This document shows, one piece after another, positions 11,880-25,098 of a stretch of 64,000 nucleotides of DNA (position 1 is its first letter; every line of letters starts with the position of its first letter). Source of the DNA: Dicyema japonicum (Eukaryota > Animalia > Dicyemida). The stretch is from assembly GCA_011109175.1 (NCBI GenBank), contig RDEW01000008.1, positions 408,369 to 472,368 on the forward strand, given 5' to 3'. The translations under genes were made by a program, and so were the position numbers. Below the pieces are notes generated by a model. That model searched no databases, was not told the DNA's origin, and saw only the letters and a list, made by a program, of their open reading frames with translations.

Positions 11880-13454
11880 GTTTGTTAAATAAAGTGGGTT
11901 AAAAAGTAAATTAAGTTAGTTTATTTTTAAAGTGGTAAACCTTTGTTCTTTAAAATTTTTAAAATTACCATGCTCGTTTTTGTTCGTGTATGATTCGTAC
12001 TTCTACATTAAAAATTCGTCAATATAAAAGTGAACATTTAGCATTTGGATTTATAAAAAATTCTTTTGAAAATAGACCATATTGTTTACTGTGTAATAAG
12101 TCATTATCAAATAATGCAATGAAACCCTCCAAATTGTTGGATCATCTTAGGAGAAAACATTCGGATAAAAGATAAACCATTAGAGTATTTTGAAAAATTA
12201 AAGGACTCTTTTTGTAAACAAAAAACAATTGACACTGTTTTTACAAATAGTAATGAAAGAAACAATAGTTGTTATTTTAAATTATATTTAGGACGACTAA
12301 TTGCATTCTATAAAATTGCAATGATTATTGCCAAAAATGAGAGTTCCCATGTTCCTGGTGAATATCTCATTAAACCATCTATATCAGTNACTAATTGCAT
12401 CCTATAAAATTTCAATGATTATTGCCAAAAATGAGAGTTCTTATGTTTCTGCTGAATATCTCATCAAACCATTTATATCAGTGATTCCATCAGATCTGAT
12501 GGGTTTAAATCCCGACGAAATATTAAAGGATCCACGAAATGTCAGATAATGTTGAATATATTTCATGTGAAAGGCTTAAAAATACTATTTTTTCCCTTCA
12601 AATTGTCGAAAGTCATATATGTAACAACCAATCAATTCTAATAGGATGTTTCATGTTAATTTTATTAAAAGCTTACCCTTTAAAATATTTTGACGATCAT
12701 GGTCTTCTTACAGAAGATTTATTATTCGTCAAATATTTGGAAACTGATACGACTGGACTTTTTATTTTTTCCGTAGTCAAATTATTTTTGGATGACTAGA
12801 AGATTCTATATAAAAATTTGGTTTTCATATGAAAATTTGTATATAAGAAAAATATTAAAGAGGAATTAATTATGTTAAAATTCAATCCAGAATTAAAACT
12901 ATATTATAATGATTCACAATCACCTGTTATTTTTTGGCAAAATATGAAAGAGAGTTATCCAAAATTGTGGACAGAAATAGCACAATTGCTACTATATTTT
13001 CCGACATCATACTGTGTTGAATGCGGATTTAGCATTCTACATCGAATTGTAAATAAAGAACGAAACAAATTGGATGTGTCCATTAGAGGAGATATTCGTT
13101 TAAAAATAACACAAAGAGAGCCAGATATCGAATCTTTGGTCAAAAAACATCAGTCACAGGGATCCCAATGCTATTTAATTCTTTTATTATGTCACATGGG
13201 CCAAGCGATACCTATGGGCAGCCTGTTACATTAACCTTGAACCGAGATTAACTTCAATTAATTTTATAAATGATTTATTAACCACAAAAAATTAAATTTA
13301 AGNATTATTAACAATGAATTCATTTTAGATAGTTAACTAATTTTACTTAGAATTGTCTGTTCTAAATAAAAAAGGTTTAAAGGGTCGATTAAATTTTAGG
13401 TGAGTCGAAAAAAAAGTCAAGGGGTCGACGAGTAAAAAAAGGTTGAAACACCTG
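11880..13454 (+). mobile_element. hAT transposon (Buster/Charlie, ZBED5-like), degenerate
   Basis: BED finger PYCLLCNKSLSNNAMKPSKLLDHLRRKH; dimerisation domain FPTSYCVECGFS...RGDIRLKIT..EPDIESLVKKHQ; right end aaaaggttgaaacacctg followed by ttctagac (NNNTANNN Buster-type target). Confidence 0.85.
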
Positions 13455-13462
13455 TTCTAGAC

Positions 13463-13768
13463 AATGGGATTTTGATCGCTGCCCATTTATAAGATAAGGC
13501 CCAGGACGCTATCGCAGACAAGGCGGGAGAACAAATAGTGTGAAGTTACTTGGTCATTAATCCTGTGACGATCATTCATGACCGCCAGCGAACTGGTTTC
13601 TGTTATCAGCAATTTCCCTCTTGAATCGGAAGGTCTACTTTCCAGCCAATGAGGGTATTGGTGGTTCAAATCACCCTCGATGACCACGTCATTCAAAGTA
13701 GATATGTCGGTACACAGGAACCAATTTTGGGCATGGAGTTTCCCATTTGATGTTCCAAGTGAAATCAC
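13463..13768 (-). mobile_element. LINE APE endonuclease fragment
   Basis: DVVIEGDLNHQYPHWLESRPSDSRGKLLI, homologous to the APE ORF at 21785-22615. Confidence 0.7.
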
Positions 13769-13887
13769 TTTAATTATTGTTTTGAGTTTGATGGTTAATA
13801 AAAATTCTCTGTCTGTAATGATGCTTATTGATTTTCTATAGTAATTTGAATTTTCGCAAGTAACTCAATACTGTTGGTTTACAAAGA

Positions 13888-13974
13888 TAATTTTTTTAAT
13901 AAAATAATTTTTTAACAAATGTCAGTTGAGGAAGCCGGCTGCGTGGATTGCGAACGAGTTCTCTCGGAGTATGG
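13888..13974 (-). mobile_element. Extremely 5'-truncated CRE-like retroelement
   Basis: About 53 nt nearly identical to the CRE 3' end at 28283-28335, plus T-rich tail; gataatt on both sides is a possible TSD. Confidence 0.7.
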
Positions 13975-14329
13975 ATAATTAAAAAATAATTTAATAATTC
14001 CATGCAGATTTTTTTGTAAGTCGATCGAAAAGTAAGATTTTATCAGGGAAATTTGAATCACTTTAGGTTTCAATCAGGCAATGGACATGAGACAGCTAAT
14101 TATCACGAACAGATGCACAGAAACCTTCAACCGACTTTACAGATTATTCGATCGATTAGATGTGACAAAGTAAGATTCCATTTTGCTTGCGGAGAAAAGT
14201 GCACAAAACTATATCCAACAGATCCAAAGAACAGTTATCGGACTTGTTTGACAAAAATGCAAAATGCTCCGTAAAAAAGTTTAATGTAAAAATAAAAAGT
14301 AAATCAAAAAGCTAATTTTAATAAATTTA

Positions 14330-15260
14330 ATGCAGAGAATAATCTTAATAAATGTAGTTTTGCATTTTCTTGCTTTAAAAATATATGAATAGATTTTGAA
14401 TCATGCGTGGTACCAATATTCATTAAAGGCTGTACAACTCATATTGCACGTCCCCCGTTTGTAAAAAATGCACCTTAATCCAACTCGTCATTTTTTTCTT
14501 GTAGTATATAATGTTATGCAGTACTTTTCTCCATCAGTAAAGTCTTTATTTAATAAATTTTCAATAACAAAAAATTGTTTAAACTTATGATGCTGACATT
14601 CAAATCCGCAGTATACGAGAAAATACTGTTAATGTCTTCGATGCCTCTTTCAATGTTTGTTGACTCAAAATAAACTTTGGGGGGTGCTGAAAATTATAGT
14701 TATAAAAACCAATAACACTAATAAACATATCAGCATTGAAGTTTTTCTTAAAGCCATAATCAAATTGAACGGAATAGAATCCCTGGTCCTGTTTTATGAT
14801 GTTATTTATGATAATTCCACAATCAAAGAGGGAATATTTTGTAGAATTATCTATATAATTTCCACACAAAACCCATATGATTATTATCTTTTAGCCATGT
14901 AACTTTTTGTTTTATTTTTTAAAATTTTTATCTCACATGAAACATTAAGATTCAAAACATTCTCTAAAACACTAATATTTTTGCATCCAATGATCTTTAT
15001 TTCGTCATCTGTAAATTTACATGATTCATCCACCATAATTATGCAATTTTATCGTTTTTGAGGAGTTTTTCCCATTCTCCAAACATATTATATTTCACAT
15101 TTCTGATCGCCAATATAGACATTCCATTTGAATTGGCTATTTGGTATCCGTCTTTAGGGGGTTTTCCCTTGAATTTCCATAGGAGTGTCGCATCCTCAGG
15201 AGAGATACAAAACCCGAGAAAAGATTCATTTATCCTTACATATCTTGTTTCGTAATTAAT
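14330..15260 (-). CDS. Immunoglobulin-superfamily protein, 2-3 Ig-like domains, frameshifted
   Basis: FC...LLWKFKG...MSILAIRNVK; LNVSCEI...VTWLKDN...GIIINNIIKQDQGFYSV; 23-nt GT-AG intron then APPKVYF; later SCTAFNEY. Confidence 0.6.
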
Positions 15261-15679
15261 TTTAATTAAAATTAAATCTACAATATATTCTCATTATACT
15301 TTTAAATAATAAAATAATAAAACAAAAATCATCATTGATATCGTCAAATCGAATTATATAATTAAGCCAGGGATATCAAATTACCATGAAAAATTATCAG
15401 AAAATATTAATAAGATCCTCTACTATTGTTATCTGTTAAAAACTTATATGTGGTCTTGGGATTATCAACCAAATTGTTCTCATTCTAGTTCCGGTCGGCA
15501 TAGGAATTATTTTACTGTATAGCTCAGAAATCACACATTTTCTTGAGTCTTCATTACATCAAACAATGCGAAAGTTAACTTCACATACCATCCCCAATAA
15601 CTATTTTTCCATTCGCATAAAAAGCTTCATATGGATAATTTAAACTTTGTATTGAATCAGAGATCATTTTTACAAAAAT

Positions 15680-15990
15680 TTGATCTCTGGCCCAAGTAAT
15701 GTTAGTACGACTAACAGTGACTACAGAATTGTGTTTGCAATATTCAACCTAAAATCTGGTCCAACTGCAGGGATGGCTATGAGATTCTACACACGAAATC
15801 TAGTACAAGATGCTTCATCCAAACACAATGTGAGGGTCATTCCACTGGATCAAGATGGAGTCATATTATTGAACTCTTGGAGTTGTCACAAGACTGCAAA
15901 CAGAACATCAAGAGTGTCTATGAGACTCAATCAAAAGTATAAGAACCGATCTTCCACGGAAAGGCATGGCTCGAAACTGTGAGGAAATCC
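15680..15990 (+). mobile_element. pogo-like DDE transposase fragment
   Basis: VILLNSWSCHKT resembles the LLLLDSWSGH catalytic region. Confidence 0.45.
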
Positions 15991-15998
15991 TTTCCATG

Positions 15999-18543
15999 GC
16001 TAACAAACAACTTGGGAAATTTAAACTTCAAAGAAATCAGCGTTACTCAGACATGCTAGTTCTATTTAACCTACAAAAGTATTTTAAAAATGCTGTGGAA
16101 ACATGAAGGAAGACAAATCAAGAGAAAATTAAACTCTCAAACAAGCAACATCACACCAACCAATTGGAAACAAGGTTAACGAAGTCAAACACCTTAAAAA
16201 CAACTCTGCAACATTTCTGACGATATGACTAATGCGGAGGAAGCTCTCTGTCAAACGAAATCTGGAGTTGAGTAAGACATCTATTGAAAACTATAAGGAA
16301 TCATTAAACTCCGTATAAGTCCTTTATAAAACTAATATATTGAACCAATCATCAGCATTGGTAACTAATTTGTCAAAAACTTAATTGAGAAAATCAAAGA
16401 CTCACAATTTATAGTCACCAAAACTCTTAAGTTTCCTCACTCCAAGATGTATCAACTACATTTAAGTTCCTTGACAGGAAACACTCCTTTGTAATAAAAA
16501 TATATGTGTGGTCATAAAGAACTCTAAAAAAGGATGATTAAGCTATTAAGAGAAATCGAGTTTATCGGGTCTTGTTAATACAATGAAATAAATTTAAAAA
16601 AGTTTCTTTTGTTGTGAATAAAGTAAATCTTGTTTGGCGATTCGTGCTAGCTTACCACGTGAACATGTCCTTCTGTAAACACTTAATGTAACAATGATAA
16701 TAAACTGAGGTTTATTTTCTTTATTTTTAATTTTCTTATTCTAAAAAATAAAATAATAGATTTTACAGTTTTTGTAATAACAGATAACTCGTTAAAATCA
16801 AAGTCCCCTTTATAACCAAGCTGCAAAAAATACATAATTTTACCCCATATTTGGACCGCTTTAATTTTGGTAATATTGCCTTGGTTATGCCTTGTTTTGA
16901 TTTGCCCAAACCGTCACCTAACTTAATACTTTCAATATTGACCTTCTTTCCAACCCATTTTCTCGATTATCCTTTTGGAAGAAAAAGTCATCGACAAAAC
17001 AAGACAAATTAAGGACGTGATCTATTAAATTTATTTAAATTTAATAATTATTAAAAGTTTATATAATTTATTAATTTTATAATTAATGGAACTATCGACT
17101 TTGGTTTTTATCAAGTGAATAACCCTATTATTCTACGGCTCAAAGGTCACGATTGTGTATACCACAAAACAGTGAAATTCAAAAATTTTACAAAAGGAAA
17201 CTGGACAGGCTTCACTAATTATGTGGATTCTCAACTTTCATGGATATGGATGACGGATGGCTAACAAACAACTTGGGAAACCTAAACTTCAAAGAAATCA
17301 GCGTTACTCAGACATGCTAGCTTTATTGAACCTACAGAAGTATTTTAAAGATCAGATCCGAAGATGCTGTGGAAACATGAAAGAAGACAAATCAAGAGGA
17401 AAAATTAAACTCTCAAACAAGCAACATCACACCAACCAATTGGAAACAAGGTTAACGAAGTCAAACACCTTAAAAACAACCCTGCAACATTTCTGACGAT
17501 ATGACTAATGCGGAGGAAGCTCTCTGTCAAACGAAATCTGGAGTTGAGTAAGACATCTATTGAAAACTATAAGGAATCATTAAACTCCGTATAAGTCCTT
17601 TATAAAACCAATATATTGAACCAATCATCAGCACTGGTAACTAATTTGTCAAAAACTTAATTGAGAAAATCAAAGACTCACAATTTATAGTCACCAAAAC
17701 TCTTAAGTTTCCTCATTCCAAGATGTATCAACTACATTTAAGTTCCTTGACAGGAAACACTCCTTTGTAATAAAAATATATGTGTGGTCATGAAGAACTC
17801 TAAAAAAGGATGATTAAGCTATTAAGAGAAGTCAAGTTTATCGGGTCTTGTTAATACAATGAAATAAATTTAAAAAAGTTTCTTTTGTTGTGAATAAAGT
17901 AAATCTTGTTTGGCAATTCGTGCTAGCTTACCACGTGAACATGTCCTTCTGTAAACACTAAATGTAACAATGGTAATAAACTGAGGTTTATTTTCTTTAT
18001 TTTTAATTTTCCTATTCTAAAAAATAAAATAATAGATTTTACAGTTTTTGTAATAACAGATAACTCGCTAAAATCAAAGTCCCCTTCATAACCAAGCTGT
18101 AAAAAATACATAATTTTACCCCATATTTGGACCGCTTTAATTTTGGTAATATTGCCTTGGTTATGCCTTGTTTTGATTTGCCCAGACCGTCTCCTAATAT
18201 AATACTTTGAATATTGACCTTCTTTCCAACCCATTTTCTCGATTATCCTTTTGGAAGAAAAAGTCATCGACAAAACAAGACAAATTAAGGACGTGATCTA
18301 ATAAATTTATTTAAATTTAATAATTATTAAAAGTTTATATAATTTATTAATTTTATAATTAATGGAACTATCGACTTTGAACGTATGGTTTGTCAAGTGA
18401 TTATAACCCTATTATTCTACGGCTCAAAGGTCACGATTGTGTATACCACAAAACAGTGAAATTCAAAAATTTTACAAAAGGAAACTGGACAGGCTTCACT
18501 AATTATGTGGATTCTCAACTTTCATGGATATGGATGACGGATG
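15999..18543. repeat. ~1.26-kb tandem duplication of TE fragments
   Basis: 15999-17259 and 17260-18543; junction has ATG microhomology and no N. Confidence 0.9.
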
Positions 18544-19110
18544 TCATGACTGCTAAAGAAGAAAATATGCTTAGCAATACCATCCTCAAAACAAATAAAT
18601 TAGTCATCTTCATATCCTCATATAAAGTCTTCAATCCCAGGCTATCTCGACCACAAGAGTTCATGGAAATCCTTATGGAACATTCTGAAAAGGACCATAA
18701 CACAATTTTAAGATGAGAATAAAGAACATATAATAACAAGCTTATCAATCGCTATATAGTTAAAAAACAATCCAAAGTCCTTTAGAATTAATACTTTCCA
18801 CGCAGACCTATTCCAATTCACAATGTGACTTTTTTACTCGCGACCTATTTTAAAACTCGTAAAATCCAAGAATGACCCATCGCCATATCATCTGATTTCA
18901 TTGACATGCACTCTCTCAAAGATGTTAGTAAGTTAGTTCTTATGACGATTATTCCAGACCTTCCGGCGCAATTTTTTATTATGTCTTCCGAATTGGTAGA
19001 CCTGCGACAACGCACTTGACAACTCTATCCCAGCTTATTATGACGGTTCAATACCCAAAAACCCCATACGCGGATGGCTTTGATTTTTAACTCAGTCTCG
19101 AGGAATCATC
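18380..19110 (+). mobile_element. jockey/I-like LINE fragment (APE end, linker, RT start)
   Basis: SDYNPII...NFTKGNWTGF; later ILK..K...PSPYHLISLTCTLSK, with stops. Confidence 0.6.
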
Positions 19111-19299
19111 TTACAACAATGATTTTCGATTTTAAAATCAACCCTGACCTTAAACTTTGGCTTGAAAAGTTACTCCAATTGTTTTAGTATGGAATGGAGT
19201 GGTATCTAAGTGCTATTAATAACAGAGACCATGGTTACAAAAACTAACTAATCACGTGATCCCAGCACGCTCTAGCAAGGACCTCATCTTGGCGCGATG

Positions 19300-22200
19300 C
19301 TCCTTCATCGATTCCACACAAGCACGTATCGTCGAGTGACTGTATCTTCGCAGTCACGATGGCGCGTTCCATGGTTCATTCGTATCAAGGCTTCAAGTGG
19401 CAATGGTAGCTGGAACTCTCCAGAAATCCAGCGTTCCGTGATTTGGAGGCTCTTTTCCGACTAACCTCGATCTTCAAGAAATTCTTCCAAGAGATGAATG
19501 GGCCCCATACACCACATGCATAGGAGATGCATGGTTCAATGAATTGTATATATAGAGCTCAAAACAGTATGCTTTTCGATCTTCCATAATCCTGTGAGGC
19601 ATTTCAGAACATTAGTTTATTATTATTGAACCAAAAAAACCACCGGCATATCCAAAATAAACAAAATTCAGGTGATTCCAGCCTCCCTCAACAGTCTCCG
19701 CATCTTTTCTCGGTGTTACGACTGCGTTCCTACCCACTTCCGATATGGACGGGGTCCGCATACTCGAGTCCTCCACAGTGGCACTGTTTCAGTCGCCTCT
19801 ATCATATTTTCTTGGTTTCTAGGCAAGATTTCCACTCGGAAATAATTCCTTAGTAGGTTTGCTGCCTTCACTTAAATGTTGCATATCTTGTCCAAATTCG
19901 TTGCAGAAAGGTTAGATCCCCAGATATTACATGCGTATTTTATTGTAGCCTCGATGAACTGTTTGTATATGACATCCAGACCACTTATCTTTTTTGTCTC
20001 TTAGGTTTCCCAAGAACGCCTTCAGGAAGTTGATTTTCCTCGTACAAGTCAATAACATATTTTCAACATGTTTTGTAAAGGTTAAGAAGGTGTCAAAGGT
20101 AACTTCCAGGATTTTCTGGTATTTGTTTGCGGGATAATCTTCCCATCCAGTGTGACGTCAATTGATACTTTTCCTAGTCTTCTGTTTGTCGTGAATAGGG
20201 TCAACACTGACTTCTCCGGGCTAGGAGTCAATTGATTTTCCCAATACCATAAACTTAGTTTATTTATATTGTCCTGTATTCTTCTCGTTGCTTCCACAAT
20301 ACTCACATCCCCCAGAACATTAGTTTTCTTTTCGCAGTTCGTAATTACGTTTACAACAGAGTCTTCAGATAGACTGTCCGTCTTCCAGTCTCTTGTCTGA
20401 AGTAAATAGGTTAGTGACTGACTTTTCACTGCTGGCAGTTAGGCAATTCTTCGATAACCATTCGTTATAACTGTTCAGATTTTGTTGCAATCTCAAAGTG
20501 GCGATATGGATGTCCTGATCACGTGACTAATTACAATGTCGTCGGCATAAGTAAGAATAATATCATTTTCGGTGTCCGATGTGGGGAGGTCCGCCATGAA
20601 TAGATTAATATAATGGACAAAGGGATCCTGGGGAACCATTAGGAAGAAGCCGTGAAATAGACTTGAATGGCAAATGCAGACGCGTCCTCTCCGACCACTA
20701 AGGAAGTTAGCTGACTAGAGCTTAAGCTTTCAGGGATCTTTGGTAAATTTTCCAAGTATGAATCCTCCTTGACACAGAGTCAAAAGCTTTGTGGATGTCT
20801 ATGGAGCAAAGTACAGTCTTATGTGTCCCGGCCTGTGCGAAAAATCATATCGTATAAAGTTAGTCAATGGAGATAAATGGGTCGAAATAGACCTCTCCTC
20901 TAAAATCATATTGAAATGACAAATCCATAATAAAAATTTTTGATTTTCGCAAGAGCCAGCCTTTCCAGAATTTTCGACACCGGACACAATAACGCGACCG
21001 GTCTGTATGAAGCTGGTCCTTCTTCACTTTACGGGTTTTAAAATTGGACGTAGGTGGGCAAGCTTCCATAGGCTGGAATTGAATTTTTGTTAATGGAGTG
21101 GTTGAATATCCTCGTTAATGCAGCGATTCCATAGTCTCCCAGATTCTTTAAGAGGATCATTGTGGATCTTATCCGGTCCGTTAGGTTGTTTTAATGGCTT
21201 TCAATACATTTCTCACGTCATTTTCAGTGAAGTGAATCATATCTGGTTCCTTTTTCGGTTTACTGAGATATTTCGGGGATACATCCGACTTCTTATGGTC
21301 TTTATGGGATATTTTCACATAGTATTTTATTATTGTTGTTTAAGTCCTTTTGGCTGTGATCCACCTTGGACGATCTATCATCCTCTCTTGAGGCGTCTCG
21401 GATCGTCTTCCAAATTTGAGTACTAGGTCTATTTCTATTCAAAGAGGAGAACACATGCTTCCATTTTGATATTTGTGCTTTTACCTCCTGTTTTTTAGTA
21501 ATTGTCCAAAGCCTTCAGTCTACGCTTATCCTCAGTAGTTAATCGGCAGACTTTTTGAGTTCGTTTTTTTCCTTGATTAATGCCGACCTGCCATATCCCC
21601 TGATGTAGTTAAGGTGGTGTTTAGGTACAGATAGTGATCTCGCATCCAAGATAGTGCGGTTTACATAAGCGACTACTTTGTTCATGGAAGTAATGCCATC
21701 CAGGTATTGCAGTAGGTTGTCAGTAAGTGTATGGTAAAGTCTCCAGTCTGCGCGTTTGTAGTTGAATTTCTCTGGGACCTCCTCCTAGTTAACGTTTTTC
21801 TCGATCTTCAAAAGGATCGCATTATGGCCACTTCTTGAGTTGTAAGTGACTGACCAAGTCGATATTGCCGCCAGGCCGGGAGAATAAAGCGTGATGTCTG
21901 GAGAAGTTAGTTTGTCTGACTCCCTGAAGGGGGTTCTCGTATGTTTTGACGGGTCATCCATGGCCGTGAAAGGTCCTGTCTGCGAAATTAGTACTTTTCC
22001 TTTTGAGTCGGACGGTTGGGTTACCAGCCATAGAGGGTGTTTGGCGTTGATATCCCCACCAATGATAACGTCGATCAAGGAAGCCAAAGTAGATAAATTG
22101 GGCATAGTGTAGTGCTTCGGGAAAGAACCAGGTGGGGGCACATAGACGTATACAATTTTTCCATATTTTGTTCCAAGTGAGACTGCATTGACTTTAGTAA

Positions 22201-22620
22201 CATCGTTGTCTCCCGAGATATTCTTCACCACTAAAGTGATGTCGACACATTTATGGTCTTTCCAATATAAAATGAGTAGGTCACAACCCCGCTTACTCTT
22301 CCGGTTAGTCCGTATTGGTTTGTATCTGGAGAACACCGGGGTATGACTGTTTATAGACAATTCCGTCTGTTGTATCAAAGCCACGTCGATCTTTAGCTCT
22401 GCCAGGAGAGAGCGCAGTTCCAATATTTTGCTTCTTACTCTATTTAAATTTAGTTGAAGAACCGTGGTCCGTTTCTTGCAGTGGGCTAGGGGTTTTTTCC
22501 GGGTCCGATAGTGCGTGCCGACGAGAAAACAGTTTCCTCGGAAGTAAATGTTAAATGGCTCTCTTTGGAGGAACATTAGGTGCCCTCTGGGCGTTACCAA
22601 TACAGTGAACCACATAACAC
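19300..22620 (-). mobile_element. jockey/I-like LINE(s): APE ORF, decayed RT and C-terminus
   Basis: ORF 21785-22615 with DVALIQQT, VYVPP, IGGDINAKHPLW, TSPDIT; RT YADD-type region near 20580; two YAC..WG thumb segments (about 19500 and 19930) suggest two adjacent elements. Confidence 0.85.
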
Positions 22621-23444
22621 CACGCTAAATTAAGATAAGAAATTAATGAAAACATCATCAATTGATATCCTTATAAATGAATTCTGTCAATCTGTTGTCA
22701 TCAAAAAGACGTCCAACAATATGTAGGGCATACCCAGTCAAAAGGGAATTGGTTTTCTAGTTTGATCGGTTATTATAGCTGTCGACTCTAACAATAATAA
22801 ATATTATGCTGTTTAAAAACAAATTTTTATTTTTTCAAAAAATTTTCAGCTTTTAAAGTTATTATAGCACTGTTTTTTCGTTCTTTGATAAGTTTGTTTT
22901 CATTAACTTTATTCTTGACTGTATTGTGATAATTAATCATTTCTCTTTGTGGCAATGATTTCATTCGATTATAGTTTTTATTAAAAATAGTCTTTTCACG
23001 ATCTATTTTCTCAATTTCTATTGATGATCTGCGATTAGATAATTTGGATTGAATAAAGTTATTGCTGAGACAAAATTTCATTTCCCTATTACGAATAATA
23101 TTCAGACTAAGTTAATTCTTATAATTTACCGGGCATTTAATGGCTTCTTGCAATATAAATTATCCCTGCTTTGCATTAACGACAAATCACATCTACCGCT
23201 TTATATAGCACATTAGAGCTTAAACCACATTAGCCATTATTAATTAGTTCTTATGAAATTTAATTTTATTCATATTTGATCACAATTTCTAAGTCTATAT
23301 CACAGGCTTGTCTTCACAAGGTCGCCCAAATAGTTTCAAAAGTTATGAATGATTTAAGATTCCTCACAAATCAACCGTTTTAACAGGTGCTTTTTGAATC
23401 AAAAATAAATGAAATAACCTCTAGTGGTAGGGAAGGTAATTAAA

Positions 23445-23615
23445 TTATTCCATAGACCAAACTAACTAACTCCTTGGTCCTAACTCGTTCCAGCATTCCA
23501 GAACTTGTCTCCAGGTAACGACATTGTCCCCGGGGAAAGAATAGTGGATCCTTTTGATGCCGGCCAAGCATTGGGGTCTCCTCAGTAAGATGGATCCAAT
23601 GACGCCATCGGAAAG
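23445..23615 (-). repeat. Structured SINE-like repeat family copy
   Basis: Highly similar to 3255-3450 in inverted orientation; unrelated flanks indicate an independent insertion. Confidence 0.8.
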
Positions 23616-24605
23616 AAAATAATTTATGACAAACTAGCCACATAGAGCCAGATGGCGCCACGTGGCATATTAATAACACATATGGTAAATAGGTATGGTC
23701 AATAATATGATTTTTTCATTTGTTTAAAAGAATTTTGTGTCTAACCATATACTAATTGTTATTTTCATTTGTGGCGTTTCTCCAGATTTTTGAGGTTCCA
23801 AGTTTTAGGTGTTTCCAAAGTTCTTAGCGGTCTACTGGGAATTCAAATAACAATCGACTGAATTTCACCACAAGGCTTTTGAAGACATCCAATTTGAGTA
23901 GAAACAGTAGATTGCGTTAGTATATTGAAATTTTCCACCCGACAAATATTAATTTTCATGTTTAATTCGGCTCTTAAATCTCGTTTCTAATTCATGACTA
24001 TTGAAGACGTCAGTAGACTATCCACCAATGACAGACGTTAGGTCAACTGTACCTAGAGGGGTTATTAGCTGTTCTAAGATTTCTTTCATTCAAATCATCG
24101 TATACGTTACTTTGAGACATTCGATTCATTCGTTTGACTGCAAATATGACAGAACAGAGCCGTCCAAAAAGAGGGTTCAGTTATTGAAGTTGATAAACAG
24201 GGAACCAGTACTGAATTTTAAATGTAGCAAGATAGTTCCTTTTTCTTTAATGTAATTAATTAAAGTGTTCTTTATGTGAATTATAGATTTGAAATACAAG
24301 AACAGTGATCCAAAGGTCGTTATCCGGGGCGCTGAGGTCGATTCAAGCACTCGTCGCTAGGGAAAAATTGTGATTTTGTCAAGTCTTTATAAAATCAATA
24401 AGAACAAAGTTTAATAATTTATTGAATTTAGACCAACAGTACTATATATTATAAGAATGTGGTTTATTAATCACCAGTCCTTCAAAGCTGTGGTTAACAA
24501 GAAAATAACAACCAAATAGGATTTTAGAAAGTAACAAATTATATTCGAAGAGTAGTTACGGAAATAAATAAATTATGAGGGAATATTAGTTTATTAACTG
24601 TAAAA

Positions 24606-25098
24606 TTAGTATTTCTTAAAGTCCACGGAAGCAGAATTAATGCAATACCTTAAATATGTTGGTTCTGGTCCATCCTCGAAGACATGTCCTAAATGTGAGC
24701 CACAATTTGCACAACAAACTTCGACACGTGACCCTAAAATTATGGAATTTCATACCAGTATCGGCAGAATATGATATTTTACTAATACTAATAACATCAA
24801 AAAATGAATCCCAGCCGCAGGGACATTTGTATTTGTGGTCACTCATGAATAATTCCTCATCACATACAATGCATAAATATTTTCCAGCTGTTTTATTATT
24901 TAAATATTTCCCAGTGAAAGGCCTAAATAATAGAAAAAACAACCTTTCAGTTGCTGAATTTTGAGTGACGTCATATTGAAGTTCAGTTAGTCTCTTTTTC
25001 AACAGATCCTTATCAATAGATTTTGGATATTCATTGGGTTTCCCTGATATTGTAGTGACTTTTCCAAATATTAATTTAGATATTCGATCAAAACTCAT
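24606..25098 (-). CDS. MSRB: Methionine-R-sulfoxide reductase B (Cys, Zn type)
   Basis: [43 protein letters not shown]; introns of 21 nt (24923-24943) and 22 nt restore an intact frame. Confidence 0.92.
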
